From Planctomycetota bacterium (GTDB taxonomy: Bacteria; Planctomycetota; UBA11346): DNA of 26,278 nucleotides. The DNA lies in NCBI GenBank assembly GCA_038213805.1, contig JBBQSO010000074.1, positions 1 through 26,278 of the forward strand, in the 5' to 3' direction. Below, piece by piece: positions 1-9,600 of the stretch. Both the position numbers and the translations under genes were made by a program. The notes under the pieces were generated by a model. That model ran no database searches. It saw only the letters and a list, made by a program, of their open reading frames with translations, and had not been told where the DNA came from. Numbering within the stretch: position 1 is the stretch's first letter; every line of letters starts with the position of its first letter.

Positions 1-1
1 C

Positions 2-2068
2 GACCCGTGGCCGCGCTTGACCGCGGCGGCGGGGCGGCCCCCCGCTGAAGCGCGCAAAGAACTCGAAGCGCTGCTTCTGGAGCAGCCCGACTTCCTGCCC
101 GCACACTTCAACCTTGGCACGTTGCTGATCGACAGCGATCCCGACACCGCGGTCAGCCACCTCGAGCGCGCCGCCGGCAGCCCGCTCACCGACCTCGCCG
201 CCGACGCATGGAGCAATCTCGCGCTGGCGCGCTACCGCCAGGGCCGCCTCGAGGAGGCGCTGACCGCCGCCATCCACGCCTGCGAGCGCCGCGGCGACGA
301 GGCCGGCAAGGCGCTGCGCGACGAGCTGCGCCGCGTGCTGGTGGTGCGTCACGACGAAGCGCGCCGCCGCGCCGAAGAAGAAGCGAAGAAGCTGCACCTG
401 GCGGCTCGCAGCCTGCCCGACGCGCACGTTGGCGAAGCCTACGACCAGCGGCTGCAGGCCGCCGGCGGTGCGGGCGGCTATCGCTTCAGCGTCGGCACGC
501 CCCCAGCGGCCGCCGCACCCGCGAACGGCACCGACCCAGCCCCCGCCACGCCCCCGCCACCCGCGCTGCCGCCGGGCCTCGCGCTCGACAGCGACGGACG
601 CGTGCACGGCACGCCCACCACTGCGGGCGCCACACCCATCCCGGTGGTCGTCCAGGACGCGGCCAGCACCAGCATCAGCGGCAGCATCGCGCTGACCGTG
701 ATCCCCGCCCCAGCGATCACCACACGCGTGCTGCCGGAAGCCATCCTCGCCCAGGATTATCAGGCCGAGCTGGCCTGCGTCGGGCTGGCGGCGCCGCACT
801 GGCGCATCAGCGGCCTGCCCGACGGGCTGGCGCCTGGCCGCACGCACGGCGCGACTGCCACCATCGTCGGCTCGCCGCTGCACGCCGGCACCGTCACCGT
901 GCATCTTGTCGCCGACGATGGTGCGCGCTCGGCGGAGGCCGATCTGCAGCTGACGGTGAGCGACGCCTTCGCGCCCGACGCCGCGGTGCTGCCGCCGGCC
1001 ACCGCTTGGGCGCCCTACCGCCACCAGCTCGGCGTACGCGGGCCGGTCCAGGCCTACCGCTGGAACGCGGCGCCGGTCGCGGGTCTGACGCTTTCCACCG
1101 ACGGTGTGATCGGCGGCACGCCGGAACAACCCGGCGATCAGGCCCTGACCGTGACCATCGCCGCTGCGGACGGCCGCAGCCGCGCCAGCACCGTGACCGT
1201 GCCGGTCAACCCACCGCCGGTGATCGAGGAGCCGCAGCCGATCGAACTGACGCGTGGCGCGCCCGTGGTGCGGCCGCTGAAGCTCAGCGGCGGCACCGCG
1301 CCATTCGCCTGGAGCCTGATCGAGGGCGCGCTGCCCAAGGGCCTGCGCCTGGATCCCGACGGCACCTTGCGCGGCGCGGTCGGCGAACCGGCCAAGACCG
1401 AGGTCACCGTCGCCGCCAGCGACCGCTGGCAGGCCGCGACCCGGCAGAAGGTGACCATCATCGTCAAGGAGGCCGAGAAGAAGGATCAGGATCAGCAGCA
1501 GCAGCAGGATCAGGCCAAGCAGGATCCCAAGGACGGCCAGCAGAAGCAGGACGGCAAAGATGGCAAAGACGGCAAAGACGGCAAAGACGGCAAAGACGGC
1601 AAAGACGGCAAAGACGGCCAGAATCAAAAGGATGCGAAGGATCAGTCCAAGGACGGCAAGGACGGCAAAGACGACCAGCAAGCCAAACAGGACAGCCAGA
1701 AACCCAGCGACGATCACAAGAAACCCGACCCGCAGAGCGGCGGCACGGAGCCGAAGCCGGGCGACGGCAAAGCCGACGACCACGGCAAGGACCAGGCCGC
1801 GCAGCCACCCGGCAAACAGCCCGGCGCGCAGGACCAGCTCAGCGGAGGTGGGAAGGATGACGGGAAGGACAAAGACAAGGATCACAGCCAGGATCAGGCC
1901 GCCGCCGCGAGCGGCGGCGCGCAGGCCGGCAACGATCCGGCCCACGATCTGAAGCAGGCGGCGGCCGACCGCTGGCTCGACCAGCTGCCCAAGGAAAAGC
2001 GCGGCGCCCTGCGCATGCAGCTGCTCGACGGCAGTGGCGCGCGCGCGCAAAAGGGCAAGGCGTGGTGA
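2..2068 (+). CDS. BatC-like TPR protein with four putative Ig (He_PIG-like) domains and a Q/K/D-rich linker; 5' truncated by window edge
   Basis: Frame is open from position 2. N-terminal TPR helices (AHFNLGTLL, AWSNLALARYRQGRLEEA); four repeats of the LP..A..G..Y...L / LP.GL.L..DG.I.GTP type; Q/D/K-rich linker; C-terminal A.RWLDQL...KAW resembling the BatC-family tail. The stop overlaps the next start (GTGA) ahead of a BatD-like gene. Confidence 0.7.
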   Translation, partial: DPWPRLTAAAGRPPAEARKELEALLLEQPDFLPAHFNLGTLLIDSDPDTAVSHLERAAGSPLTDLAADAWSNLALARYRQGRLEEALTAAIHACERRGDEAGKALRDELRRVLVVRHDEARRRAEEEAKKLHLAARSLPDAHVGEAYDQRLQAAGGAGGYRFSVGTPPAAAAPANGTDPAPATPPPPALPPGLALDSDGRVHGTPTTAGATPIPVVVQDAASTSISGSIALTVIPAPAITTRVLPEAILAQDYQAELACVGLAAPHWRISGLPDGLAPGRTHGATATIVGSPLHAGTVTVHLVADDGARSAEADLQLTVSDAFAPDAAVLPPATAWAPYRHQLGVRGPVQAYRWNAAPVAGLTLSTDGVIGGTPEQPGDQALTVTIAAADGRSRASTVTVPVNPPPVIEEPQPIELTRGAPVVRPLKLSGGTAPFAWSLIEGALPKGLRLDPDGTLRGAVGEPAKTEVTVAASDRWQAATRQKVTIIVKEAEKKDQDQQQQQDQAKQDPKDGQQKQDGKDGKDGKDGKDGKDGKDGKDGQNQKDAKDQSKDGKDGKDDQQAKQDSQKPSDDHKKPDPQSGGTEPKPGDGKADDHGKDQAAQPPGKQPGAQDQLSGGGKDDGKDKDKDHSQDQAAAASGGAQAGNDPAHDLKQAAADRWLDQLPKEKRGALRMQLLDGSGARAQKGKAW
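1550..1612 (+). repeat. In-frame 9-bp tandem repeat (GACGGCAAA)x7 encoding (DGK)7
   Basis: Read directly: seven units, the second being GATGGCAAA, followed by a degenerate GACGGCCAG. Confidence 0.95.
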
Positions 2069-3684
2069 AGCGTCTGCCCCGCGCCATCCGCCACGTGCTC
2101 GTCGGCCTGGTCGCCGTGCTCGGCCTCGCGGGCCTGGACGCAGCCGAGGCAAAGCTCGAACTGCCGGATCCGCTGGTGCCCGGCGTGGTGCTGCAGGGCA
2201 CGATCCAGATCGAGGACGCCGCCACGCGTGTAACCAATGTCAATCTGCCGCCGATCGCCGGTTTGGAATGGCAGGTGCAGCAGGGTGGCATGCAGTCGAT
2301 GCGCAGCGTCAATGGCGTGGTCACGCGCAGCGAAACCGTGCGCCTGGCGGTGCGCGCGCAGATGGCTGACACCTTCCGCATCCCGGCGGTGACGGTGACG
2401 CTCGCCGATGGCAGCACCATCACCACCACGCCGGTAACGGTGACCGCCAGCGCGGCCAACCAGAATCTGCAGGGCGACGCCTTCGCCGAGACCGCCTTCG
2501 AGCCGCCGGCGATCGTCGCCGGCGAGCCGACCACCCTGGTCTACCGCATCTACCTGCGCCAGCCCAACGACAAGCCGCGCAGACTGCGCCAGTGCGACCT
2601 CGCGCCGCCGGCTGGGGCGCTGCCACTGGGCGAACGCAGCGAAAGCGAAGGGCAGACCTACGACGCGCGCGGCAATCCCTGGCGCATCCGCACGTTCCGC
2701 TGGCCGCTGACCTGGGCCCTGCCCGGCACCTACCAGGCGGGTGGGCAGCAGGCCTACGTGATCTGCCGCGAGGACTTCTTCGGCCAGCTCTCACCGATCG
2801 CCGATCGCACGGTGGCGATCCGGCCCGCGTCGCTGACCGTGGCCGCCCTGCCCGAGGCCGGCCGGCCAGCGGACTTCAACGGCCTGTTCGGCCCGCTCTC
2901 CATCAGCGCCGCCCTCGAGCGCCCGCGCATTGCCAGCGGCGAGGGCACGGTGCTGACCGTGACCATCGATGGCCGCCAGACCGAACTCATCACCCGGCCC
3001 GTCCTTGCCGTACCGGCCGGATTGAAGGCCTATCCCAAGGACGATGACGAGCCTGCGCACGGCACCGCTGCCACCGCGCGCGACCAGCGCCCGCTGAATG
3101 CGGTGCCCGGACCGCATCAGCGCAGCTTCCGCTGGGACCTGGTCCCTGACCGCGCCGGCGAGTTCAACCTGCCCGCGCTGACCCTCGCGTACTTCGATCC
3201 AAGCAGGCGCGCTTACGACCACGCGCACGGCCCGGCGCTGACGCTGACGGTGCTGCCCGGGCGTGCGGCGAACGTGTCGATCACCGGCAAGCCGCTTGGC
3301 GAGACCGCGGCTGCGACCGCGACTCCGCAGCTGCTGCTGCCGGCGCCGCTGCGCGGCAACGTGGCGGGCCGTCCCGACACCGCGCTCGGCCTCCTCGCCC
3401 TTGGTGGCGCCCTGGCGCTCGGCGCGCTGGTCGGGCTGGTGGGGCGCTGGCGGGCGCGCCGCCCCGACCACCCGCACCGCGGCCGCGCCCTGCGCCGTGC
3501 TGCGGCCACGCACGATCTCGAAGCCCTCGCCGCCGCCACCCACGAGCTGCGCCAGGTGCTGCGCGGCGGCCCGGCCGCCGTTGCCGCGGCGCGCCTGGCC
3601 GAACGCATCGACTTGGCACGCTTCGGCGGCCAGCAGCTCGGCGACATCGGCGATCTGGTCGCGGCGCTGGAGGACGTGCCGTGA
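2065..3684 (+). CDS. BatD-family protein (signal peptide, beta-rich repeats, C-terminal TM)
   Basis: Signal-peptide-like N-terminus; BatD-like motifs QSMRSVNGVVTRS, F.IPAVTV, LTVAALPEAGRPADFNGLFG, GEFNLPALTLAYFDP...Y; TM near the C-terminus. GTG 2065 overlaps the upstream TGA (2062 is an alternative start). Confidence 0.8.
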   Translation: MKRLPRAIRHVLVGLVAVLGLAGLDAAEAKLELPDPLVPGVVLQGTIQIEDAATRVTNVNLPPIAGLEWQVQQGGMQSMRSVNGVVTRSETVRLAVRAQMADTFRIPAVTVTLADGSTITTTPVTVTASAANQNLQGDAFAETAFEPPAIVAGEPTTLVYRIYLRQPNDKPRRLRQCDLAPPAGALPLGERSESEGQTYDARGNPWRIRTFRWPLTWALPGTYQAGGQQAYVICREDFFGQLSPIADRTVAIRPASLTVAALPEAGRPADFNGLFGPLSISAALERPRIASGEGTVLTVTIDGRQTELITRPVLAVPAGLKAYPKDDDEPAHGTAATARDQRPLNAVPGPHQRSFRWDLVPDRAGEFNLPALTLAYFDPSRRAYDHAHGPALTLTVLPGRAANVSITGKPLGETAAATATPQLLLPAPLRGNVAGRPDTALGLLALGGALALGALVGLVGRWRARRPDHPHRGRALRRAAATHDLEALAAATHELRQVLRGGPAAVAAARLAERIDLARFGGQQLGDIGDLVAALEDVP

Positions 3685-4394
3685 CGCGCGCCACCGTCCC
3701 CCGACTGCGGCAGGCCCGCGCCCTGCTGCTCGCGCTTTTGCTGGGCGCACTAGCGCCCCTGGTCGGCGCCGATGATCCCTACGCGGTGTGGAGTGCAGGC
3801 CATCCCGCAGCGGCCATCCCCGCGCTCTACGCCACCGCCCAGGCGAGCGGACGCTGGGATGCGTGGCTCGATCTCGGCCTGGCCGCCGCGGCCGCTGAGG
3901 ACCGTCCACGTGCCGCCGCTTGGCTGGCAGAGGCGGCACGGCGTGCGCCGGAGCGCCGCGAACCGCGCGAGGCCCTGCGCGCGCTCGATCCGGCGCAGGG
4001 CGTGGCACTGAGCTGGAGCGAACGCCTCGGACCTTTGACCTGGCCAGGCACCGGCTGGACGGCGGTCACTCTGCTTGCCGCCGCCGGACTGGCCCTTGGC
4101 CTCGCCCTGGCCGGACGACGACGGCGCGGCACGGTGGCGTTCATCGGCTGCGCAGCGCTGGTCGCGGTCTCGCCGGGCCAAATTGCCCAGCTGCACGATG
4201 CACGCCACGAACTGTTCGCCACCGTGCGCGACTCCCACCTGCTCGACAGCGCCGGCAATCCCGGCGACGCCCTGCCCGCCGGTACCGTGGCGGAACGCGA
4301 GGCGCAGCCGTTGTGGGCCGGGCGGGTGCTGGTCCACCTCGCCGATGGCCGCCGTGGCTATCTGGCCATCGTCGATACCACGGCGGAGCCCTGA
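3681..4394 (+). CDS. BatE-like protein (signal peptide, TPR, two TM helices, SH3b-like C-terminus)
   Basis: GTGA overlap with the batD-like gene; TPR-like WLDLGLAAAA; two hydrophobic segments; terminal LPAGT...VHLADGRRGYL resembles a bacterial SH3 domain. This matches the BatE architecture. Confidence 0.65.
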   Translation: MTRATVPRLRQARALLLALLLGALAPLVGADDPYAVWSAGHPAAAIPALYATAQASGRWDAWLDLGLAAAAAEDRPRAAAWLAEAARRAPERREPREALRALDPAQGVALSWSERLGPLTWPGTGWTAVTLLAAAGLALGLALAGRRRRGTVAFIGCAALVAVSPGQIAQLHDARHELFATVRDSHLLDSAGNPGDALPAGTVAEREAQPLWAGRVLVHLADGRRGYLAIVDTTAEP

Positions 4395-4498
4395 CCGGGC
4401 GTGCGGCGCGCGGCGCGGCGGATACCGCACCCACCGCCGTACCGGGACGGGCCTCCTCCCCCTTCACTCGCTGCAACGCGCTGCGATAGTTACGATCG

Positions 4499-4819
4499 AT
4501 GCCCACCGCCGTCCCCGAAATCGAAGTCGAGGTCTCGACCACCACGCGGCTCGCGCCGCGCTGGCAGGTGGTGCTGCTGAACGACGACGACCACACCTAC
4601 GACTACGTCATCGAGATGCTGGTCGCGCTGTTCGGCCACACCATCGAGCAGGCCTTCACCATGGCCTGCGAAGTCGATGCCAGCGGCCGGGTGGTGGTCG
4701 ACACCACCAGCCGCGAGCGCGCCGAACTCAAGCAGGAGCAGATCCACGCCTACGGCGCCGATTGGCGGATGCCGCGCAGCGCCGGATCGATGTCGGCGGA
4801 GATCGAACCGGTGGAGTGA
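4499..4819 (+). CDS. clpS: ATP-dependent Clp protease adaptor ClpS
   Basis: W.VVLLNDDDHTYDYVIEML..LFGH...A..MA.EVD..GRVVV, the ClpS core with the NDD/H N-degron pocket; 106 aa. Confidence 0.9.
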   Translation: MPTAVPEIEVEVSTTTRLAPRWQVVLLNDDDHTYDYVIEMLVALFGHTIEQAFTMACEVDASGRVVVDTTSRERAELKQEQIHAYGADWRMPRSAGSMSAEIEPVE

Positions 4820-4952
4820 GCGCTTTTGTGGTGCCGAACGCCAGGATCCGTCCCGTCAGGACTTTCGCTCGCGATTCGAGCCGAGAACGCCTGAAGCCTC
4901 CCACTTGCCCCACCAGATGCTGCTGCGACCCTTGTGGACAAGGGAGAGCCTC

Positions 4953-6518
4953 GTGCACGACACGCTGCTTGTCGTCATCGTGCTGCTCGCGGTGGTGGCC
5001 TTCGTCGGCGCAGTGGCGCCGCGGCTGCGCGTGCCGTATCCGATCCTGCTCGCGGCGGCGGGGCTGCTGGCGGCGGTGGTGCCGGGGATGCCGACCCTGC
5101 CGCTCGATCCCGACCTCATCCTGCTGATCTTCCTGCCGCCGCTGCTCTACGCGGACGCGTTCCAATCGTCGTGGCTGGACTTCCGGCGCTGGCTGCGCCC
5201 GATCGCCATGCTTGCCATCGGTCTGGTCGCGGCGACCACGCTGATCGTCGGTCTGGTCGCCAAGGCCTGCTTCCCCGAATTGCCGTGGGCGGCCTGCTTC
5301 ATCCTCGGCGCGGTGGTCTCGCCGACCGACACGGTCGCGGCCCAGGCGGTGATCGAGCGGCTGCGCATTCCGCGGCGCATCACCGCCATCCTCGGCGGCG
5401 AAAGCCTGGTCAACGACGCCACCGGGCTGGTCGGCGTGCAGATCGGCGTCGCAGTCGCGCTGAGCGGCGTCTTCCACGCCGGCGACGCCGCACTCTCTTT
5501 CGCCTGGGTCGCGGGCGGCGGCGTGGTCGCTGGCGTGGCGGTGGGCGTGGTGTTCGCGTGGATCAACACCCGGCTGCACGAATCCGCGGTGCTGTTCACC
5601 TGCTCGCTGCTCGCGCCCTACCTGGCCTTTGCGGTGGCGGCGGCGGTGGGCGCGTCCGGAGTGCTGGCGGTGGTGGTGGCCGGCTTCCTGGTGTCATGGC
5701 GCATCCACGACATCCGCCCGGCCAGCCGCCTGGCGCTGTTCGCGACCTGGGAACAGCTGGTGTTCGTACTGAACGGCTTCTGCTTCATCTTCATCGGGCT
5801 GGAGACCCCGCGCCTGCTGCGCTCGCTCGGCGCCGCCGGCACCTGGCCGGTCACCGGCGCGGTGCTGATCGCGCTGACCGTCATCGTCCTGCGCATCGCC
5901 TGGTGCGTGCCCGGCGCCTACGTGCCGCTGTGGCTCAGCGCGCGGCTGCGCGGGCGGGAAGGCGGCTACCCCGCGCTGCGTGAGGTCTTCGTGCTGTCGT
6001 GGTGCGGCATGCGCGGCGTGGTGTCGCTGGCCGCCGCGCTGGCGCTGCCGCCCTACTTGGCCGACGGCCTGCCTTTTCCGGGACGCGACCTGATCATCTT
6101 CTGCACCTTGGCCGTGATCTTCTCGACGCTGGTGGTGCAGGGCCTCAGCCTGCTACCGCTGATCCGCCTGCTCGGCATCCGCGACGAGGCCGCCGACGAG
6201 GACGAGATCCGCCACGCGCGCGAGGCCGTGCTGCGCGCCGGCATCGCGCGCCTGGACGCGTTCTGCAGCGAGCACTCCTGCCCGATCGCCGTGCACCACC
6301 TGCGCGAGGCCATGGTCGACGAGCTCGACGGCCTGCACGAGCAGGACAGCACCATCCGCGACCGCGCCACCAAACGCCGCGCCGTCTCCATCGACGTCAA
6401 GCGCGCGATCCATGCCGCCCAGGGCGCGGAACTGCTGCGCCTGCGCGACCGCCAGCAGATCAATGATCGCACCTGCCTGATGCTGCAGCTGGAGCTGGAT
6501 CGCAGCGAGACGCGGTAG
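4953..6518 (+). CDS. CPA1-family Na+(K+)/H+ antiporter (NhaP/YjcE-like)
   Basis: Motifs FLPPLLY, GAVVSPTDTVA, GESLVNDATG, SGVLAVV, GMRGVVSLAAAL; many TM segments. Start placed at GTG 4953, after AGGGAG at 4941-4946. Confidence 0.9.
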   Translation: MHDTLLVVIVLLAVVAFVGAVAPRLRVPYPILLAAAGLLAAVVPGMPTLPLDPDLILLIFLPPLLYADAFQSSWLDFRRWLRPIAMLAIGLVAATTLIVGLVAKACFPELPWAACFILGAVVSPTDTVAAQAVIERLRIPRRITAILGGESLVNDATGLVGVQIGVAVALSGVFHAGDAALSFAWVAGGGVVAGVAVGVVFAWINTRLHESAVLFTCSLLAPYLAFAVAAAVGASGVLAVVVAGFLVSWRIHDIRPASRLALFATWEQLVFVLNGFCFIFIGLETPRLLRSLGAAGTWPVTGAVLIALTVIVLRIAWCVPGAYVPLWLSARLRGREGGYPALREVFVLSWCGMRGVVSLAAALALPPYLADGLPFPGRDLIIFCTLAVIFSTLVVQGLSLLPLIRLLGIRDEAADEDEIRHAREAVLRAGIARLDAFCSEHSCPIAVHHLREAMVDELDGLHEQDSTIRDRATKRRAVSIDVKRAIHAAQGAELLRLRDRQQINDRTCLMLQLELDRSETR

Positions 6519-6629
6519 CGCGTCTGCGCAGCCGCGCATTGCCATCTACGCCCGCCCCTCCATGCTCGCCCCGCCCCGGCCTGCCTGCCACGCAGATGCG
6601 GAAACCTCCGGCGCTGCAGTGGAGTTATC

Positions 6630-9600
6630 ATGGATCGCGAAGAACTCCGGTTGCGCTTCCCCGCCATGCGGCCGCTCGCCAAGGCGCCGACGCTGATGAG
6701 CATCAATGGCTGCGGGCTGGGCATGTACGGCAAGCGCGAGTTCGACCGCGAGACCGGCACGTACATCAAGACGCGCAGCCTGTGCGTGCTGTTCGTGCCG
6801 GTGCTGGCGGTCGATGCCTTCCGCGTCGCCGATGCCAGCGCGGGCTGGTACTTCCTCGGCAAGGAAAGCCTCTCGCCCTTCGCCAAGGCCTGGAATCTGC
6901 TGCTGGTCGTCGGCATCGCCGCCAGCGTCGCCTGGGCGCAGTACGACGACTACCGCAGTTCACCCGCCTACCGCGATCACGAGGCCTTCGTCGCGGCGCA
7001 GGCCAGCGCCGGCGCCGGCGACCTGCCGGCCGCAGCCAAGGGCTACGCCGACTTGATGGCCGGCGGACCGTCGACGGAAGAGGCGCACGCCGCGCTCGCC
7101 GCGCTGATCGCGGGCAGCCTCGACGGCCTGCCGCCCAAGCAGGGCCTGGCGGTACTCGGCACGGTCGCCGACGTGCGCGCGGCGCAGCGCGAGCCGGATC
7201 TTGGCGATGCGACCCTGGCGGCGCACGCGCGCACTCTGACCACCCATGCGCGCACCGCCGACCCGCGCACCGCCATCGGCCTGATCGATCTCACCCGCCA
7301 CCTGATCGCCCCCAAGGCGGCGCGCGTTGCAAAGGGCGCAAAGAGTGCGAAAAGCGCGCAGAATCAGGGCGCAGTCGAGAACCCCGCCGCGGCACCCGAG
7401 GACCTCGCCCTGGCCGCCGACCGCGTCACCCTGCTCACCGCCTACGCAGCCCTGGCCCCCGAGGACCCGTGGCCCGCCATCGAATTGGCCATCCTCGCCG
7501 ATGAGCGCGGCGACGAGCAGCGCTGCCAGGAACTGCTTGAGCCCCACGCCAAGCGCCTGGGCGCCACCGAGGGCGCGCGCATCCTCGGCAGCCGCTACGC
7601 CGCGCTCGGGCGCATCGATGACTCGTTCCCGCTGCTCGACGCCTACACCGGCGCCGGCCTGAAGAAGCTGCACGCCGCCGAGGCCGCCTGGGAGAACGCC
7701 TACAAGCAGTCGTCCGACCGCGCGCTCGCCGCCCTGCGCGGCGATGAGGCAGGCGCGGACTGGTACGCGCGCTACGAACACCTCGACAAGGCCCATCAGC
7801 AGGAAGCGGTCGACGCCTGGATCAGCGCACGCGTTGCCGCTGATACCGGCCTGGAGCACTTCCGCAGCGCGCTGGCCGCCGCAGCCGTGATCGTGCCCAC
7901 CGCCATGGACCTGGGCATCGTCACCCTGCAGCGCGCCCAGGGCCAAGCCGACCCGGCGGCCAAGAAGAAGGACCTCGAAGCCGCCGAGCGCACCTTTCTC
8001 GCCATCCGCGGCGTCGCCGGTGACAGCGACCGCTACCGCGAGTCGCTGGCCCAGGTCTACTACTGGCTTGGCAAGCCGGGCGACGGCCGCGCGCTGCTCG
8101 ACCAGATGCTGGTCGACCACAAGCGCGATGGCGAGGGCCTGCTGCGGGCCGCCGGCATCCTGCGCCTGGTCGGCGCGGAATCCGAATCGCGCACCCTCAG
8201 CGAGGAGGCCTACGCCAACGCCGGCAACACCGATCAGAAGTATGCCGCCGCGACCCTGCGCTCGGTGACCTTCACCGACATCGACGACGAGATCGTGTGG
8301 CTGTCGCGCTGCGACCAAGCCCAGCCGCGCGTGGTCGCCGGGCTCGCCGAGCTGCGCGGGCGCAAGGCCGCCGAGGCCGGTCACGACGCCGAGGCGGCAG
8401 TCCTGCTGCGCCAAGCGGTGGACGCCTGGGCAAAGCTGCCAGAGGACGCCTCGACGCTCAACAACGGCGCGCTCGCGGTGCTGGCACTGTTCGAGACGAC
8501 CGGCGAACGGACGCTGCTCGAGCGCGGCACGACCATGCTCGGCAAGGCCTTCGCCCTGGAGCCCGGCGACAGCATCCTGCTCAAGAACCAGGCCGACATC
8601 GTGCTGCAGGGCATGCTCATGGACGTCATCGGCACGCGCCTCGACCAGGTCCGGCTGCACCGTTTCGGCGAGTTCGGGATGCTGCGCTTCCTCTACAATG
8701 ACGAGGCCGGGCGCGTGGCGCTGATGGCCACGCTCGCCAAGCATCCCGATCTGCCGCGCGTGCTCGGGCTGTACGAGAAGCTGGTGGTGATCCGCGCCAA
8801 GCAGCGCAGCTGCTGGTCGCCCCTGATCCACCTGCGCCTGCTCGCCCGCGACATCCCGGCGGCGCGCACGCTGCTGCAGCGCCTGGCCCAGGTCGAACTC
8901 GACCACGGTGACGCCGCCGCTAAGGCAAAGGCTGACGCCAGCGGCGCAAACGACGTCGCGCAGCGGGAAGACAACACGCGCGCCCTGATCCGCCCGGAAC
9001 AGGTCATCAAGGAACTCGGTCGCGCGGGCGGGGCGACCTTCGCCTTCGCCGTCGACGTGCGCACCGATCTGCTGGTCGATCTCGCCGCCTGCGGCGGTCC
9101 GGCACTGACCGACGATGTGGTCGCGCACTGCGACCAGGCCTATGCGGCCGCACCGTCGGTGGGCAGTCGCCACGCCCTGTCCCACGCCCTGCTCGGCCGC
9201 TGCGCCGCAGCCCTTGCCGCCCGCGACCCGGCCGCTGCGGCGCTGATCGCCCGCCTCCAGCGCATCGTCTCCCCGTCTGCGCTGCTGCCGGTGCTGCTCG
9301 ACCTCGATCACGGCCGCGCGGCCGGCGTGCTCGCCGACGCGGACTTCACCCGCGCCTGCGCGCTGCGCAGCGAGGATGCGGCCGCCTTCCCGAGCGCGCC
9401 GAGCGGTTGGACCTGGGCGCTGCTGCGCTGGACCAGCGCTGACCAGGGCGCAGCGCTGGCTGCGCGCATCCGCGGCGATGACTACTGGCCGGTGTCCGAG
9501 GGCATCGACCTGCTGATGTCGCCCTGGAGCACCAACACCACGCTCGACGCGTGGTGGCTGCAGCGTGCCCGTGGCGATCAGGATGCAGCCCACGCCCTGC

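Noticed and set aside
4677..4952. Long N-terminal extensions in the ORF track for the antiporter (also ribB 11287, dnaJ 21991, argG 21741, grpE 20637, DUF4190 15863)
   Set aside because: The extensions overlap neighbouring genes or promoters and lack family similarity. Downstream starts fit the family N-termini and mostly have an RBS.
6508..6525. Hairpin AGACGCG-GTAG-CGCGTCT over the antiporter stop codon
   Set aside because: Short, no U-tract and no evidence of function, so it was not called as a terminator.
6960..9593. 877-aa antisense ORF, and many similar long overlapping ORFs (e.g. 208-1860, 14917-16788, 16996-18528, 22476-23882, 24238-26022)
   Set aside because: Shadow ORFs expected from stop-codon scarcity at high GC. 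They overlap better-supported genes and show no protein motifs.
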